From NCBI GenBank assembly GCA_903831305.1, contig CAIKXE010000004.1, positions 9,026 through 73,025 of the forward strand: 64,000 nucleotides of DNA, in the 5' to 3' direction. Position numbers and translations under genes: made by a program. The notes under the pieces are model-generated. The model saw nothing but the letters and a program-made list of their open reading frames with translations. It was not told the origin of the DNA and searched no databases. Shown one piece after another: positions 45,884 to 55,182 of this stretch (the first letter of the stretch is position 1; each line of letters begins with the position of its first letter). The stretch is from an uncultured bacterium. Lineage in GTDB: Bacteria > Patescibacteriota > Minisyncoccia > Phycocordibacterales > GWA1-40-21.

Positions 45884-46831
45884 TTAACTCTTATTATGAA
45901 ACTTTTTGTGAATGTCACGGAGATGCTTATCCGTCACATGAGTGTAGATCTGCGTGGTGATAATACTGGAGTGGCCAAGCATGGTCTGGACCGAGCGAAT
46001 ATCCGCCCCATTGCTCAGTAAATCTGTAGCAAAGACGTGCCGGATGACGTGCGGGGTGACTTTTTTAGTAATACCCGCAATAGTGGCATAACGTTTGACT
46101 ATCCTTTCCACGGACCGGCCGGTCAGAGCGGTGACCTTCCCAGAGATGGATTGCTCCCGGTTCTTATCAATCGTCACAAATAATGCTTCAGACAAATCTT
46201 TACGTACCGCCAAGTAATCCCGGATGGCTTTCTTGGCATCATCAGACAGGAAAACCACGCGCACTTTTCCTCCCTTACCGCGAATAGAAAATTCATCCAA
46301 ATTCAAATCTAAATCCGTGGTCAAAGAACAAAGCTCAGATACACGTAAACCAGTAGAAAAAAGTAACTCCAAAAGTGCTTTATCTCGCGCTCGGCGCTCC
46401 AGATTTTGCTCTTGATTCGGCGCTTCAAGCAAGCGCTGTAATTCTTGGAGGGAAATCAGATCAATGGATCGCTCGCCGACTTTAGCGAGCTCGATATTGT
46501 CTGCTGGCAGGGAAGTGACGCCTCGGCGCGCCAAAAATTTCAGAAAGACGCGCAAAGCAATCAGGTAATAGTTTTGCGTCTTCTTGGCCATGGTGCCACC
46601 GGCCCGCGCTGGTGTACCAAACAAGTGGTAGGCCTTGGCTCCCGGCCGGCGGTTCAGCCAAATGCGGAATTCGCGGATTTTCTCATTGGTGATGTCCTTG
46701 GGATCCGTGATTTTAGTCTGCTCCAGGAAAAAAGTCAGATACCGGTCATAGCGGTCAATGGTTTTCAGGGCTCGGCCTTTTTCTATTTCCAAATATTCCA
46801 AAAATTGAGTTTTATATTCCTTGATATTCAT
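45884..46831 (-). CDS. Xer-like tyrosine site-specific recombinase
   Basis: An N-terminal SAM-like core-binding domain (MNIKEYKTQFLEYLEIEKG). The catalytic domain has R (LRVSEL), H.R (HVIRHVFAT) and LGHSSIITTQIYTHV (catalytic Y). The start is at the internal Met of the track ORF. Confidence 0.8.
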   Translation of the reverse strand: MNIKEYKTQFLEYLEIEKGRALKTIDRYDRYLTFFLEQTKITDPKDITNEKIREFRIWLNRRPGAKAYHLFGTPARAGGTMAKKTQNYYLIALRVFLKFLARRGVTSLPADNIELAKVGERSIDLISLQELQRLLEAPNQEQNLERRARDKALLELLFSTGLRVSELCSLTTDLDLNLDEFSIRGKGGKVRVVFLSDDAKKAIRDYLAVRKDLSEALFVTIDKNREQSISGKVTALTGRSVERIVKRYATIAGITKKVTPHVIRHVFATDLLSNGADIRSVQTMLGHSSIITTQIYTHVTDKHLRDIHKKFHNKS

Positions 46832-46861
46832 GTCGTACAATATTATACACCACCTCGTCAT

Positions 46862-46970
46862 CAGAATGCCACTCCTCCTAAGAATAGGAGGAGATGAAGC
46901 CCACCCGAAGTTACGTCTTACTCTCCGCCTATCTTAGGAGGAGTACCGAGTCTGCGAGGGGAGGTGGTAT
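46862..46970 (+). repeat. GC-rich structured intergenic element, family C copy 3 (between divergent xer and rpsO)
   Basis: Hairpins ctcctcctaagaataggaggag and ctccgcctatcttaggaggag. Motif ggagtaccgagtctgcgaggggaggtggt ends about 45 nt upstream of the rpsO ATG. A 10-codon uORF (MGLAFLGETC) starts 3 nt after the SD-like ggaggtggt. Confidence 0.6.
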
Positions 46971-47010
46971 GGGCCTTGCATTTTTAGGAGAAACGTGCTA
47001 ACATCCTAAA

Positions 47011-47271
47011 ATGCTTACAAAAACCAAAAAGGCAAAAGTTATCAAGGAAGTAGCGGTTCATGACACCGATACTGGTTCTACTGAAGTCCAAGTGGCTGTT
47101 TTGTCCAAAAGAATTGATGAATTAGCCTCTCATTTAAAGAAAAATCCCAAGGATAATCACTCCCGCCGTGGCTTGCTGGGTATGGTGGCTGATCGCCGAA
47201 CTCATCTTAAATACTTGGAGAAGAAGAACTTGAAGCGCTACACCGCTTTGGTTAAGAAACTTGGTTTATAA
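47011..47271 (+). CDS. rpsO: 30S ribosomal protein S15
   Basis: 86 aa. ...DTGSTEVQVAVLSKRI..L..HLK.N.KD.HSRRGLL..V..RR..L.YL is the canonical S15 sequence. Confidence 0.9.
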   Translation: MLTKTKKAKVIKEVAVHDTDTGSTEVQVAVLSKRIDELASHLKKNPKDNHSRRGLLGMVADRRTHLKYLEKKNLKRYTALVKKLGL

Positions 47272-47385
47272 TTAAACTCCACAAAATATAGTAACTATAT
47301 TCTTGCTCCGTTTAATTTACAGCTATTGAATATGCTATACTGTAAGTAGGTCGAATTTTTAATAAAAAATTAATTATATTTTAAT

Positions 47386-47907
47386 ATGTTAATAAAACAT
47401 AAAGATCAGAGAGTTGGTATTTTTATCGACGCTCAAAATTTATATCATTGTGCCAAGAATTTGTACGGCGCTAAAGTAAACTTTGCCCAAGTGGTAAAGG
47501 ATGCCTTAGGTAGCCGTGCTCTTATCCGAGCGATTGCCTATGTGATTTCCACTGAAGGTGGAGAAGAGAAAAGTTTTTTTGATGCCCTGACTAAAGCGGG
47601 GATTGAGACCAAAACCAAGGATTTACAAATCTTTGCAGGTGGCCAGAAGAAAGCAGACTGGGATGTGGGTCTAGCGGTAGATGCTATCAAAATGGCGCCT
47701 AAGCTCGACACCGTCATCATCATTGCTGGTGATGGCGACTATGTTCCGCTCGTGGAATACCTCAAAATGAACGAGGGTTGCCAAGTGGAAGCTGTTTGCT
47801 TTGGCAAGAGCACTTCCGCCAAACTGATTGATGTCGTGGATGGCTTTACGGATTTGGATGTCAATAATCGTAAATACTTACTAGGGTCAGTGGGGCTAAG
47901 ACGTTAG
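47386..47907 (+). CDS. NYN-domain (LabA-like) putative ribonuclease
   Basis: VGIFIDAQNL...(D)...GGQKKADWDVGLAVDA...IIIAGDGDYVPL is the NYN/LabA acidic-residue pattern. It sits between rpsO and pnp. Confidence 0.7.
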   Translation: MLIKHKDQRVGIFIDAQNLYHCAKNLYGAKVNFAQVVKDALGSRALIRAIAYVISTEGGEEKSFFDALTKAGIETKTKDLQIFAGGQKKADWDVGLAVDAIKMAPKLDTVIIIAGDGDYVPLVEYLKMNEGCQVEAVCFGKSTSAKLIDVVDGFTDLDVNNRKYLLGSVGLRR

Positions 47908-48083
47908 GAAACGTCCGCAAGTAAGCCATGGCTTACTTGGTATGAGCCCTTGTTCCCACACCTACTTTAAATAAGCAGGCGTGGGACTTGCATTTAAAAA
48001 TCGGGAGGTAGAGGGATTACTTGCTAACTTTCTGTTTTTTGCTAATCTTAAACTAGAAAGTACAAATTCAAAGGAGGTGCGAT

Positions 48084-48272
48084 ATGCTGAAGAAAGCGAA
48101 GCGTAAAAGAACAGATCCCGATAACCAGGCAATTGGGGGTAGTGATTTTCACTTCCAAAAGTTAAACCGCAGTCAAGGGCCTGGTTCGGGGAGGAAGAAA
48201 GTCAGAAGAGCCTTGAGTCGGTGGAAGCGGCAGAAAATACTGGAAGGTGTGCTTGTTGGGTTGAGCAACTGA
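48084..48272 (+). CDS. Small highly basic protein (62 aa), hypothetical
   Basis: Strong SD aaggaggtg lies 5 nt upstream of the ATG. A GC-rich terminator follows immediately. Confidence 0.4.
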   Translation: MLKKAKRKRTDPDNQAIGGSDFHFQKLNRSQGPGSGRKKVRRALSRWKRQKILEGVLVGLSN

Positions 48273-48276
48273 ACAC

Positions 48277-48330
48277 CTTCGGATCTCGTGGGCCGGGCGC
48301 GCCGCGCCCGGCCCATTTGTTTTCCTTTTT
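48277..48330 (+). terminator. GC-rich intrinsic terminator
   Basis: tgggccgggcgcgccgcgcccggccca, a perfect palindrome, followed by tttgttttcctttttattt. Confidence 0.6.
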
Positions 48331-48447
48331 ATTTCTTATGTGCTATCCTAAAATCAGTTATTTTATCAGTGCTGGTCTTTGAATATGCAGTTTAGAACCT
48401 TGAGTTCTGACCTGAAATTCAGAGATCTAGCTTAAGCAATATTAATT

Positions 48448-50571
48448 ATGAAGAAAAAAGAGTTTGTGACCGAGCTTAATGGCAAGAAGCTCCAGGCGGA
48501 GTTTAGTGATTTAGTAGAAAATGCCCACGGTTCAGTCATCCTTAAATATGGCAATACCGTTATTTTAGCAACCGCGGTTATTAGTAAGGACGAGATCAGC
48601 AAGGATTATCTACCCCTCACGGTGGATTATGAGGAAAAGTTTTATGCTTCTGGTCAAATCCTCGGTAGCCGTTTTATGAAGCGAGAAGGCAAGCCGTCTG
48701 ACGAAGCCATATTATCCGGCCGAGTGGTGGACCGAACTATCCGCCCTCTCTTTGACCAATGGATCAGAAATGAAATACAGGTGGTCATCACTATCCTCTC
48801 GATTGATCAAGATGACCCAGATGTACTAGCCGTTATTGCCGCTTCACTTGCCCTTGGTGTCTCCAAGATTCCTTTCCACGGACCAGTGTCTGCTATCCGT
48901 ATTGGCAAACACAAAACCGATGGCTTTGAAATCAACCCTACTTATACAGAAAGAGAAAATGAAAACTTTGAAATTGATTTGATTGCTTGTGGTAAAGATG
49001 GCCATATCAACATGATCGAGCTTGGCGGTGATGAAGCCCAAGAGGAAGTGATCATTGAAGCCATGACCAAAGCCTCTATTGAAATTGAGAAGTTAAACGC
49101 TTGGCAGAAATCAGTCATTGCCGAGATTGGCGTACCAAAGATTTCTCTCTCCGCTCCCGTGATGCCCGAGGAAGTAAAAAAACTTTTTGCTACCGAGATT
49201 GAGCCAAAGCTTGAAGGCTTTGTGATGAGTGGAATTCCGGGTGGTTCCAAGATCGGCGAGATCATGGATATTTGGCTGAAATTGGCGGCTGAGAAATTAC
49301 CAGAAGTAAAATCATCTTTTGCTGAACATTTGTTTGAAGAAAAAGTAGATGCTTTGATCCACGAGCAAGTCTTGAAAAATAACAAGCGGGCGGATGGCCG
49401 GGGGATAGACGAACTCCGACCCCTCTTTGCTCAAGCGGGTGGCATATCACCAGTCCTTCATGGCTCCGGTATATTTTACCGCGGAGGAACCCACATCTTA
49501 ACTGCTTTGACTTTAGGTGGACCAGCTGATGCGCAGATAATAAATGGTATGGAAGAGAGTACGGATGCCAAGCGCTTTATGCATCACTACAACTTCCCAC
49601 CATATTCGACCGGTGAGACCGGCAAGATGGGTGGCACAAACAGAAGGATGATTGGTCACGGTGCTCTCGCCGAAAAAGCCTTGCTTCCTATTATTCCTAA
49701 AAATGTGGACTTTCCTTATACTATCCGTCTGGTCTCTGAAGCTATGTCTTCAAATGGTTCTACTTCTATGGGCTCGGTCTGTGCTTCTACTATTGCCCTC
49801 ATGGATGGTGGGGTGCCGATCAAGGCTCCAGTGGCCGGTATTGCCTCCGGACTGATGATGGATGATAAAGGTAATTATAAAGTCCTCACCGATATCCAAG
49901 GACCGGAAGATCATTATGGTGATATGGACTTTAAAGTGGCTGGAACTAAAAACGGAGTGACCGCTATCCAGATGGATGTAAAAGTCTCTGGGGTGCCGAT
50001 CAGAGCTTTAGCGGAAGCTTTTCAAAAAGCCAAGGCGGCTCGTTTAAAAATACTAGAGGTAATCCTGGCTGAGATTTCTGAAACTAGAAAAGATATTTCG
50101 GCAAACGCGCCCAAAATATTAGTTCTAAAAATAAAACCAGATCAGATTGGTGGAGTGATTGGTAGTGGTGGAAAAACAATCAAAGAAATAAAAGAGCGGA
50201 CGGGTGCTGACATTGATATTGAAGATGATGGTACTGTGTATTGTACAGGAAAGGATGGTTCGGCCGAGAAAGCCAAACTGATCATTGAAGCCATGACTCA
50301 CGAGTATAAGGCCGGGGAGAAATATGAGGGAACCGTAACCAAGGTGACGGACTTTGGTGCCTTTGTAAAAATCGGTGATAGTGATAATGAAGGACTCGTC
50401 CACGTGTCTGAGATTGCTTCCTTCCGCGTAGAAAATGTCAGTGCGGTTTTGAAACCAGGTGACAAGGTACCGGTGATAGTAAAGGGAGTAGATGAGAGAG
50501 ACCGTATCAGCTTGTCCATCAAACTTGCCGACCCAACTTTCATTAAGAACAAGGCTATAGAAAAAAAGTAA
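48448..50571 (+). CDS. pnp: Polyribonucleotide nucleotidyltransferase (PNPase)
   Basis: 707 aa. Two RNase PH domains followed by KH (GGVIGSGGKTIKEI) and S1 domains. The rpsO-pnp synteny is preserved. Confidence 0.9.
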   Translation: MKKKEFVTELNGKKLQAEFSDLVENAHGSVILKYGNTVILATAVISKDEISKDYLPLTVDYEEKFYASGQILGSRFMKREGKPSDEAILSGRVVDRTIRPLFDQWIRNEIQVVITILSIDQDDPDVLAVIAASLALGVSKIPFHGPVSAIRIGKHKTDGFEINPTYTERENENFEIDLIACGKDGHINMIELGGDEAQEEVIIEAMTKASIEIEKLNAWQKSVIAEIGVPKISLSAPVMPEEVKKLFATEIEPKLEGFVMSGIPGGSKIGEIMDIWLKLAAEKLPEVKSSFAEHLFEEKVDALIHEQVLKNNKRADGRGIDELRPLFAQAGGISPVLHGSGIFYRGGTHILTALTLGGPADAQIINGMEESTDAKRFMHHYNFPPYSTGETGKMGGTNRRMIGHGALAEKALLPIIPKNVDFPYTIRLVSEAMSSNGSTSMGSVCASTIALMDGGVPIKAPVAGIASGLMMDDKGNYKVLTDIQGPEDHYGDMDFKVAGTKNGVTAIQMDVKVSGVPIRALAEAFQKAKAARLKILEVILAEISETRKDISANAPKILVLKIKPDQIGGVIGSGGKTIKEIKERTGADIDIEDDGTVYCTGKDGSAEKAKLIIEAMTHEYKAGEKYEGTVTKVTDFGAFVKIGDSDNEGLVHVSEIASFRVENVSAVLKPGDKVPVIVKGVDERDRISLSIKLADPTFIKNKAIEKK

Positions 50572-50597
50572 AAATTCGGTTATACTAGAGGTCAGAT

Positions 50598-51752
50598 ATG
50601 CCTCCCGAAGAAAATACAAATAAAAATAATCTACCCTTGGGTGCTTTTAGAGTCGGGATTGACCCGGTTTTTAAAGGTAACCCAGTTACTCAAACGAGAT
50701 CTAGTATCCCTGGTTTCACTGGTATGAGCCACCCCGTGGAGGCCGGAGGTGCTTATGACGTTCTGAATAACCAAAAATACGTTCCTTCTGCCTCGCCTGT
50801 TCCACTTGCCCCAAAACAAACAGCAACTCAAAATAGTACTCCAAAATCCATCATCCGGACATACAAAGGTGACCTAGAGTCTGCGGTGGAGGCCAACCAC
50901 TTATCTTCTATAAACATCGCCATTGCCGAAAATGAAAAGATGCATAATCAGATTAAAGCGGGGACAGGCGGGGAAAACTATGGCTTAAACACCACTGCTG
51001 ATTATTCAGACTATTCTAAAAGTAAAATAATTATTTTTATTAGTTTTATTTTTATTTTGGCGGGCGGGATCGGCTTGGGTATTACTTTCTTTATAAAGAA
51101 TCCAAATTTAAATATCATTCCCGTGGTTCAAAGCCAGGAATGGCCATCACTCATAACCGCCGAAATAAAGGCTGAGTTAGACACAAACACTGTGGCTAAA
51201 GGCAAATTTATTATTACTTTATCTGACATGATTAGTGGAAGTCAAATACCAATAAATAATTTTTATAATATTTCCATTACCACCGGCACCAGTACAAAGA
51301 GACTGCTCAGCTCTGCCGAGCTTGTTACTCTACTCAATTTTAAAATGCCCGATCTGATGAAGCGGACATTATCAACCAGCTTTATGATAGGGGTATATTC
51401 GCAAACAAAAAATACACCTTTCCTTATTTTAAAAACCACCTCTTCAGAAAATACCTATGCCGGAATGCTAGCTTGGGAAAAAGATCTAGAAGATAATTTC
51501 AAAATATTATTTAAGCTCCCAGGTTATGAAAAAAACGTCAGCCTAAATGATTTACTCGGCCCGACTGTTTTGAAAAAATTTGAAGATGCCGTCATTATAA
51601 ACAAGGATGTCCGCCTGCTCCGAGACGCTGATAAACAAATAATACTGCTGTATAGCTTGATTGATAAAGAAACGGTAGTGATTACCACTGATACTCAAGC
51701 CTTAAAAGATATTATTGCCCGGCTTAATAAGGAAAAAACCCTTAAAAGGTAG
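50598..51752 (+). CDS. Hypothetical membrane-anchored protein
   Basis: 384 aa. A single TM (IIIFISFIFILAGGIGLGITFFI) after an N-terminal cytoplasmic region of about 150 aa. I recognise no motifs. Confidence 0.45.
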   Translation: MPPEENTNKNNLPLGAFRVGIDPVFKGNPVTQTRSSIPGFTGMSHPVEAGGAYDVLNNQKYVPSASPVPLAPKQTATQNSTPKSIIRTYKGDLESAVEANHLSSINIAIAENEKMHNQIKAGTGGENYGLNTTADYSDYSKSKIIIFISFIFILAGGIGLGITFFIKNPNLNIIPVVQSQEWPSLITAEIKAELDTNTVAKGKFIITLSDMISGSQIPINNFYNISITTGTSTKRLLSSAELVTLLNFKMPDLMKRTLSTSFMIGVYSQTKNTPFLILKTTSSENTYAGMLAWEKDLEDNFKILFKLPGYEKNVSLNDLLGPTVLKKFEDAVIINKDVRLLRDADKQIILLYSLIDKETVVITTDTQALKDIIARLNKEKTLKR

Positions 51753-51789
51753 CCTGGTGGTTTTTCCATTTTGTGCTATTATTTATGAT

Positions 51790-52143
51790 ATGGAAACAAA
51801 TAAATATAAGAAGTTGCTTGAGGAGGAAAAAGTCAAATTAATAAAAGAGCTAAATACTATTGGCCAGAAAAATCCTTCTAATTCTAAAGATTGGGAAGCC
51901 AAGCCTACAAACATGGATTCAGATTCCGCTGATGACAACGAAGTAGCTGACACCATAGAAGAATTTGAAGGTAACTCCGCCATCTTAAAACAACTGGAAA
52001 TCCAAGTGAATAATGTGGAAACCGCTTTGAAAGAAATCCTGGCTGGCACTTACGGTAAATGTCTCATCTGTGGGGAGCAAATCCCTGAAGACCGCCTCCT
52101 AGCGAACCCCGCTTCACTGACTTGCATCGAGCATACTAAGTAA
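51790..52143 (+). CDS. DksA/TraR-family C4-type zinc-finger protein
   Basis: C-terminal CLICGEQIPEDRLLANPASLTCIEH (CxxC...C..H/C), preceded by a coiled-coil region. Start at the internal Met METNKYKK. Confidence 0.65.
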   Translation: METNKYKKLLEEEKVKLIKELNTIGQKNPSNSKDWEAKPTNMDSDSADDNEVADTIEEFEGNSAILKQLEIQVNNVETALKEILAGTYGKCLICGEQIPEDRLLANPASLTCIEHTK

Positions 52144-52149
52144 TAAAAA

Positions 52150-52192
52150 CAAAAAACCTATGCTATACTAAACATAGGTTTTTTGTTTTCAC
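52150..52192 (+). terminator. Bidirectional-looking intrinsic terminator
   Basis: aaaaaacctatgctatactaaacataggttttttgtttt. Confidence 0.55.
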
Positions 52193-52229
52193 TTTATAAA
52201 CTTTAGAACTTTTAACTTTACAAACTAAT

Positions 52230-53837
52230 ATGGGATTTGCTAAAACATACAGTGCCCAGCCCAGTATCCTCGGGGCCAGGATTATTGACGTGGAGGTAGA
52301 TATTTCTAAAGGTTTAAATGCTTTTACCGTGGTGGGGCTAGGGGACAAGAGTGTGGAGGAGAGCAAGGACCGTATGGCCTCCGCCATAAAAAACTCTGGC
52401 TTCAAATCCCCAAAACAAAGCAATCAAAAAGTAGTTATTTCGCTTGCTCCTGCGGATTTTAAGAAAGAAGGCCCAGTGTTTGACCTAGCGATGGCGATAG
52501 CTTATCTGACAGCGAATGAAGAACTATTTTTTAATCCGGACGGCAAAATCTTCTTAGGGGAATTATCCCTGGATGGTAAATTGCGAAAAATCAGTGGTGT
52601 GCTTCCAGCTGTAGCGGAAGCCAAGAAAAAAGGTTTTACGGAAATATATTTACCTAAAGAAAACGCTCGCGAGGCGGCCTTGATTTCTGATATTTTAATT
52701 TATGGCGCCGACACTTTAGAGGAAGTAATCACTCATCTATCATTAGGTGAGGGCAGTGGAGAGGAGGAAACGGATGCCGAGTGTTTTGAGGCGGAAGAAA
52801 AGAATAATCGTTTTCATAAAAGTTCCAGAAAAATAAATAATCAGCCCAAAACCAAAATTGAATACCCAGATGAGGAAAATGAGATTGATTTCTCTGATGT
52901 AGTGGGGCAGGAAAGCGCCAAAAGAGGATTAGAGATAGCCGCCGCTGGTGGGCACAACATAGCCATGTATGGACCACCCGGGACTGGTAAAACCATGCTA
53001 GCTAAAGCATTCTCTGGAATATTACCGCCGCTCTCCTTTGATGAAATAATTGAGATTACTGGTATTCACTCCGTAGCGGGAACACTCAAGGGGGATTTGG
53101 TCAGTGTACCACCAATCCGTGCCCCTCATCACACGGCTTCTTATGTCTCGCTTGTCGGTGGAGGCACTATCCCCAAACCAGGAGAAGTGACTTTAGCTCA
53201 CCGCGGAGTACTATTCCTAGATGAATTTCCAGAGTTTGATAAGAAAGTGTTAGAGACTCTACGCCAGCCACTAGAGGAGAGGGAAATCAGTATTTCTCGC
53301 GCTCGGGGGTCTATCACTTTCCCCGCTAATTTTATTTTAATCGCTGCTATGAACCCTTGCCCCTGCGGTAATCACGGTTCAAAAACCAAAGAGTGTATTT
53401 GCCGAGCGATTGATCTGCTAAAATATCAACGAAAGATTTCTGGCCCGATCATGGACCGGATAGATATGTGGGTAGAAGTTTCCCTCATCAACCACGCTGA
53501 TCTGTCTGGTAAAAAAAGTGATAAGCAAATAAAAAATAATCCTAAAATCCGCACCCGCATCGCCGCCGCCAGAGAGATGCAAAAAGTCCGTTTTGCCAAT
53601 TTAAAAAGAAAAGTAAAAACCAATGGGGAAATGAACTCTAAAGATATTTCTAATCTGATTGAGCTGTCTAAAGAGGTAAAGGATATTCTGGATAGGAGTG
53701 CCGTAAAGCTCGGCCTCTCCGCCCGCGCTTATCACCGGGTGATCAAGCTTGCTCGCACCATCGCTGACCTAGAGAAAAAAGCCGAGATTGAATTACCACA
53801 TATCTTAGAGGCTCTGCAGTATCGCCCTAAGAATTAA
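52230..53837 (+). CDS. comM: YifB/ComM-family Mg-chelatase-like AAA+ ATPase
   Basis: The N-terminal Lon-like domain, the Walker A motif GPPGTGKTMLAK, and the C-terminal helical domain match the YifB/ComM family. Confidence 0.85.
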   Translation: MGFAKTYSAQPSILGARIIDVEVDISKGLNAFTVVGLGDKSVEESKDRMASAIKNSGFKSPKQSNQKVVISLAPADFKKEGPVFDLAMAIAYLTANEELFFNPDGKIFLGELSLDGKLRKISGVLPAVAEAKKKGFTEIYLPKENAREAALISDILIYGADTLEEVITHLSLGEGSGEEETDAECFEAEEKNNRFHKSSRKINNQPKTKIEYPDEENEIDFSDVVGQESAKRGLEIAAAGGHNIAMYGPPGTGKTMLAKAFSGILPPLSFDEIIEITGIHSVAGTLKGDLVSVPPIRAPHHTASYVSLVGGGTIPKPGEVTLAHRGVLFLDEFPEFDKKVLETLRQPLEEREISISRARGSITFPANFILIAAMNPCPCGNHGSKTKECICRAIDLLKYQRKISGPIMDRIDMWVEVSLINHADLSGKKSDKQIKNNPKIRTRIAAAREMQKVRFANLKRKVKTNGEMNSKDISNLIELSKEVKDILDRSAVKLGLSARAYHRVIKLARTIADLEKKAEIELPHILEALQYRPKN

Positions 53838-53848
53838 AACAAAAAAAC

Positions 53849-53910
53849 CATCATATATTCTCTTCACTTAACGAGGACTAATCGTTCAGAGAACATATGA
53901 TGTTTTTTTA
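53849..53910 (+). terminator. Terminator hairpin between convergent genes, with a family E loop core
   Basis: catcatatattctc...gagaacatatgatgtttttttagg. The loop ttcacttaacgaggactaatcgttca shares ttaacg..ctaatcg with the loops at 12425, 30125 and 41262. Confidence 0.5.
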
Positions 53911-53914
53911 GGAC

Positions 53915-54973
53915 TTAAAAAGGATTCTTAGCCCCACGAATTTCAAAGTGTAGGTGCGGACCGGTGGACTTACCAGTATTACCAGAATAACCGATGAGCT
54001 GGCCCCGGCTGACCGTCTGCCCGACAGAGACCACGGTGCTGGTCATATGACCATAAACCGTTTGGGTATTGTTTGGATGCTCTATAACCACATAATTACC
54101 ATATCCACCGTTCCAACCAGAATTCTTACTAATAATCACCGTACCGGGAGCTGAGGCGTAAAGGGTGGAACCAAGTGGCATACCATAGTCTACACCATTA
54201 TAACCATGCAAACCTTGAGTCCTGTGTCCACCAATAAAAGGCTTGGCGTAATAACCATCATAAGCCGGGCCCGAAGCGGAAGTAATCAGACGAGAAGTGG
54301 CGTTGGTAGAAGGACGAATAGAAGAAGAAACCTGGCCATCAGGAATCAGGATAGTATCACCGATCGCCAGCTTGGCGCTCACACTTAAATCGTTAAAGCT
54401 TGCTATTTCAGACAAATCTCCGCCATATTTTTTAGCAATAGTGTTTAAAGTATCACCCTTAACCACCGTGTGCATCACCCCTGAGATAGGCAAGATAACA
54501 AGAGTCTGACCAGCGCGCAAAATAGAGCTCTTAGTCATATCGTTAGCCCAGAGGATAGTGTTTACTGATACATCAAACATCTCGGCAATCTTGGCCAAGG
54601 TATCTCCACTTCTAACTGTGTAAACGCTGATCTGGGCGTTTGAATTGTCTATTTCTTCCGGTGCCAAACTGGAAGGTCCAACTTCAGGCAATAAAGCCTG
54701 CCCACCATCAATAACAAGCTCGGCGCCAGTTTTAGGAATTGGGTCAAAATTGTTTGCGGCTTCAAGGACATTTTGTGAACTATTCTCTATAATTGAATCA
54801 GATTGGGCTGAAACATCTTGTCCGGAAAAGATACTGGTAACCGAGGACCAAAAACCAGCCTGGGTAACCGCCGGCCTAGCAAAAAGTAAGGTCAGAATGA
54901 GGAATAACAAAAAAAACCTTTCAAAGAAAGACCGTAAAAACTTCACTATTTCAATATAAATTTTAAAATCCAT
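53915..54973 (-). CDS. LysM-domain-containing M23-family peptidase
   Basis: Signal/TM segment, two LysM repeats (YTVRSGDTLAKIA..., HTVVKGDTLNTIAKKYG), then an M23 domain with HxxxD and the HLHFEIR motif. Confidence 0.8.
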   Translation of the reverse strand: MDFKIYIEIVKFLRSFFERFFLLFLILTLLFARPAVTQAGFWSSVTSIFSGQDVSAQSDSIIENSSQNVLEAANNFDPIPKTGAELVIDGGQALLPEVGPSSLAPEEIDNSNAQISVYTVRSGDTLAKIAEMFDVSVNTILWANDMTKSSILRAGQTLVILPISGVMHTVVKGDTLNTIAKKYGGDLSEIASFNDLSVSAKLAIGDTILIPDGQVSSSIRPSTNATSRLITSASGPAYDGYYAKPFIGGHRTQGLHGYNGVDYGMPLGSTLYASAPGTVIISKNSGWNGGYGNYVVIEHPNNTQTVYGHMTSTVVSVGQTVSRGQLIGYSGNTGKSTGPHLHFEIRGAKNPF

Positions 54974-55182
54974 AATTAAGGCAGTTACAAGGGAAAGAGG
55001 TGAACCAACATATCAGGAAAATCATAAAAACTGCTAAACTGCCTACCTTCCTATATTAGCAAAAAAGTGGTAAAAAATCAATCTAAAGGTGCCTAACCTG
55101 TGGATATCTCTAAATAATTATCTGGCTCAAAATAAGGCTATTTTAGCTAGGGAATAGCCAAAAACTGTGTTAGAATGAATAA

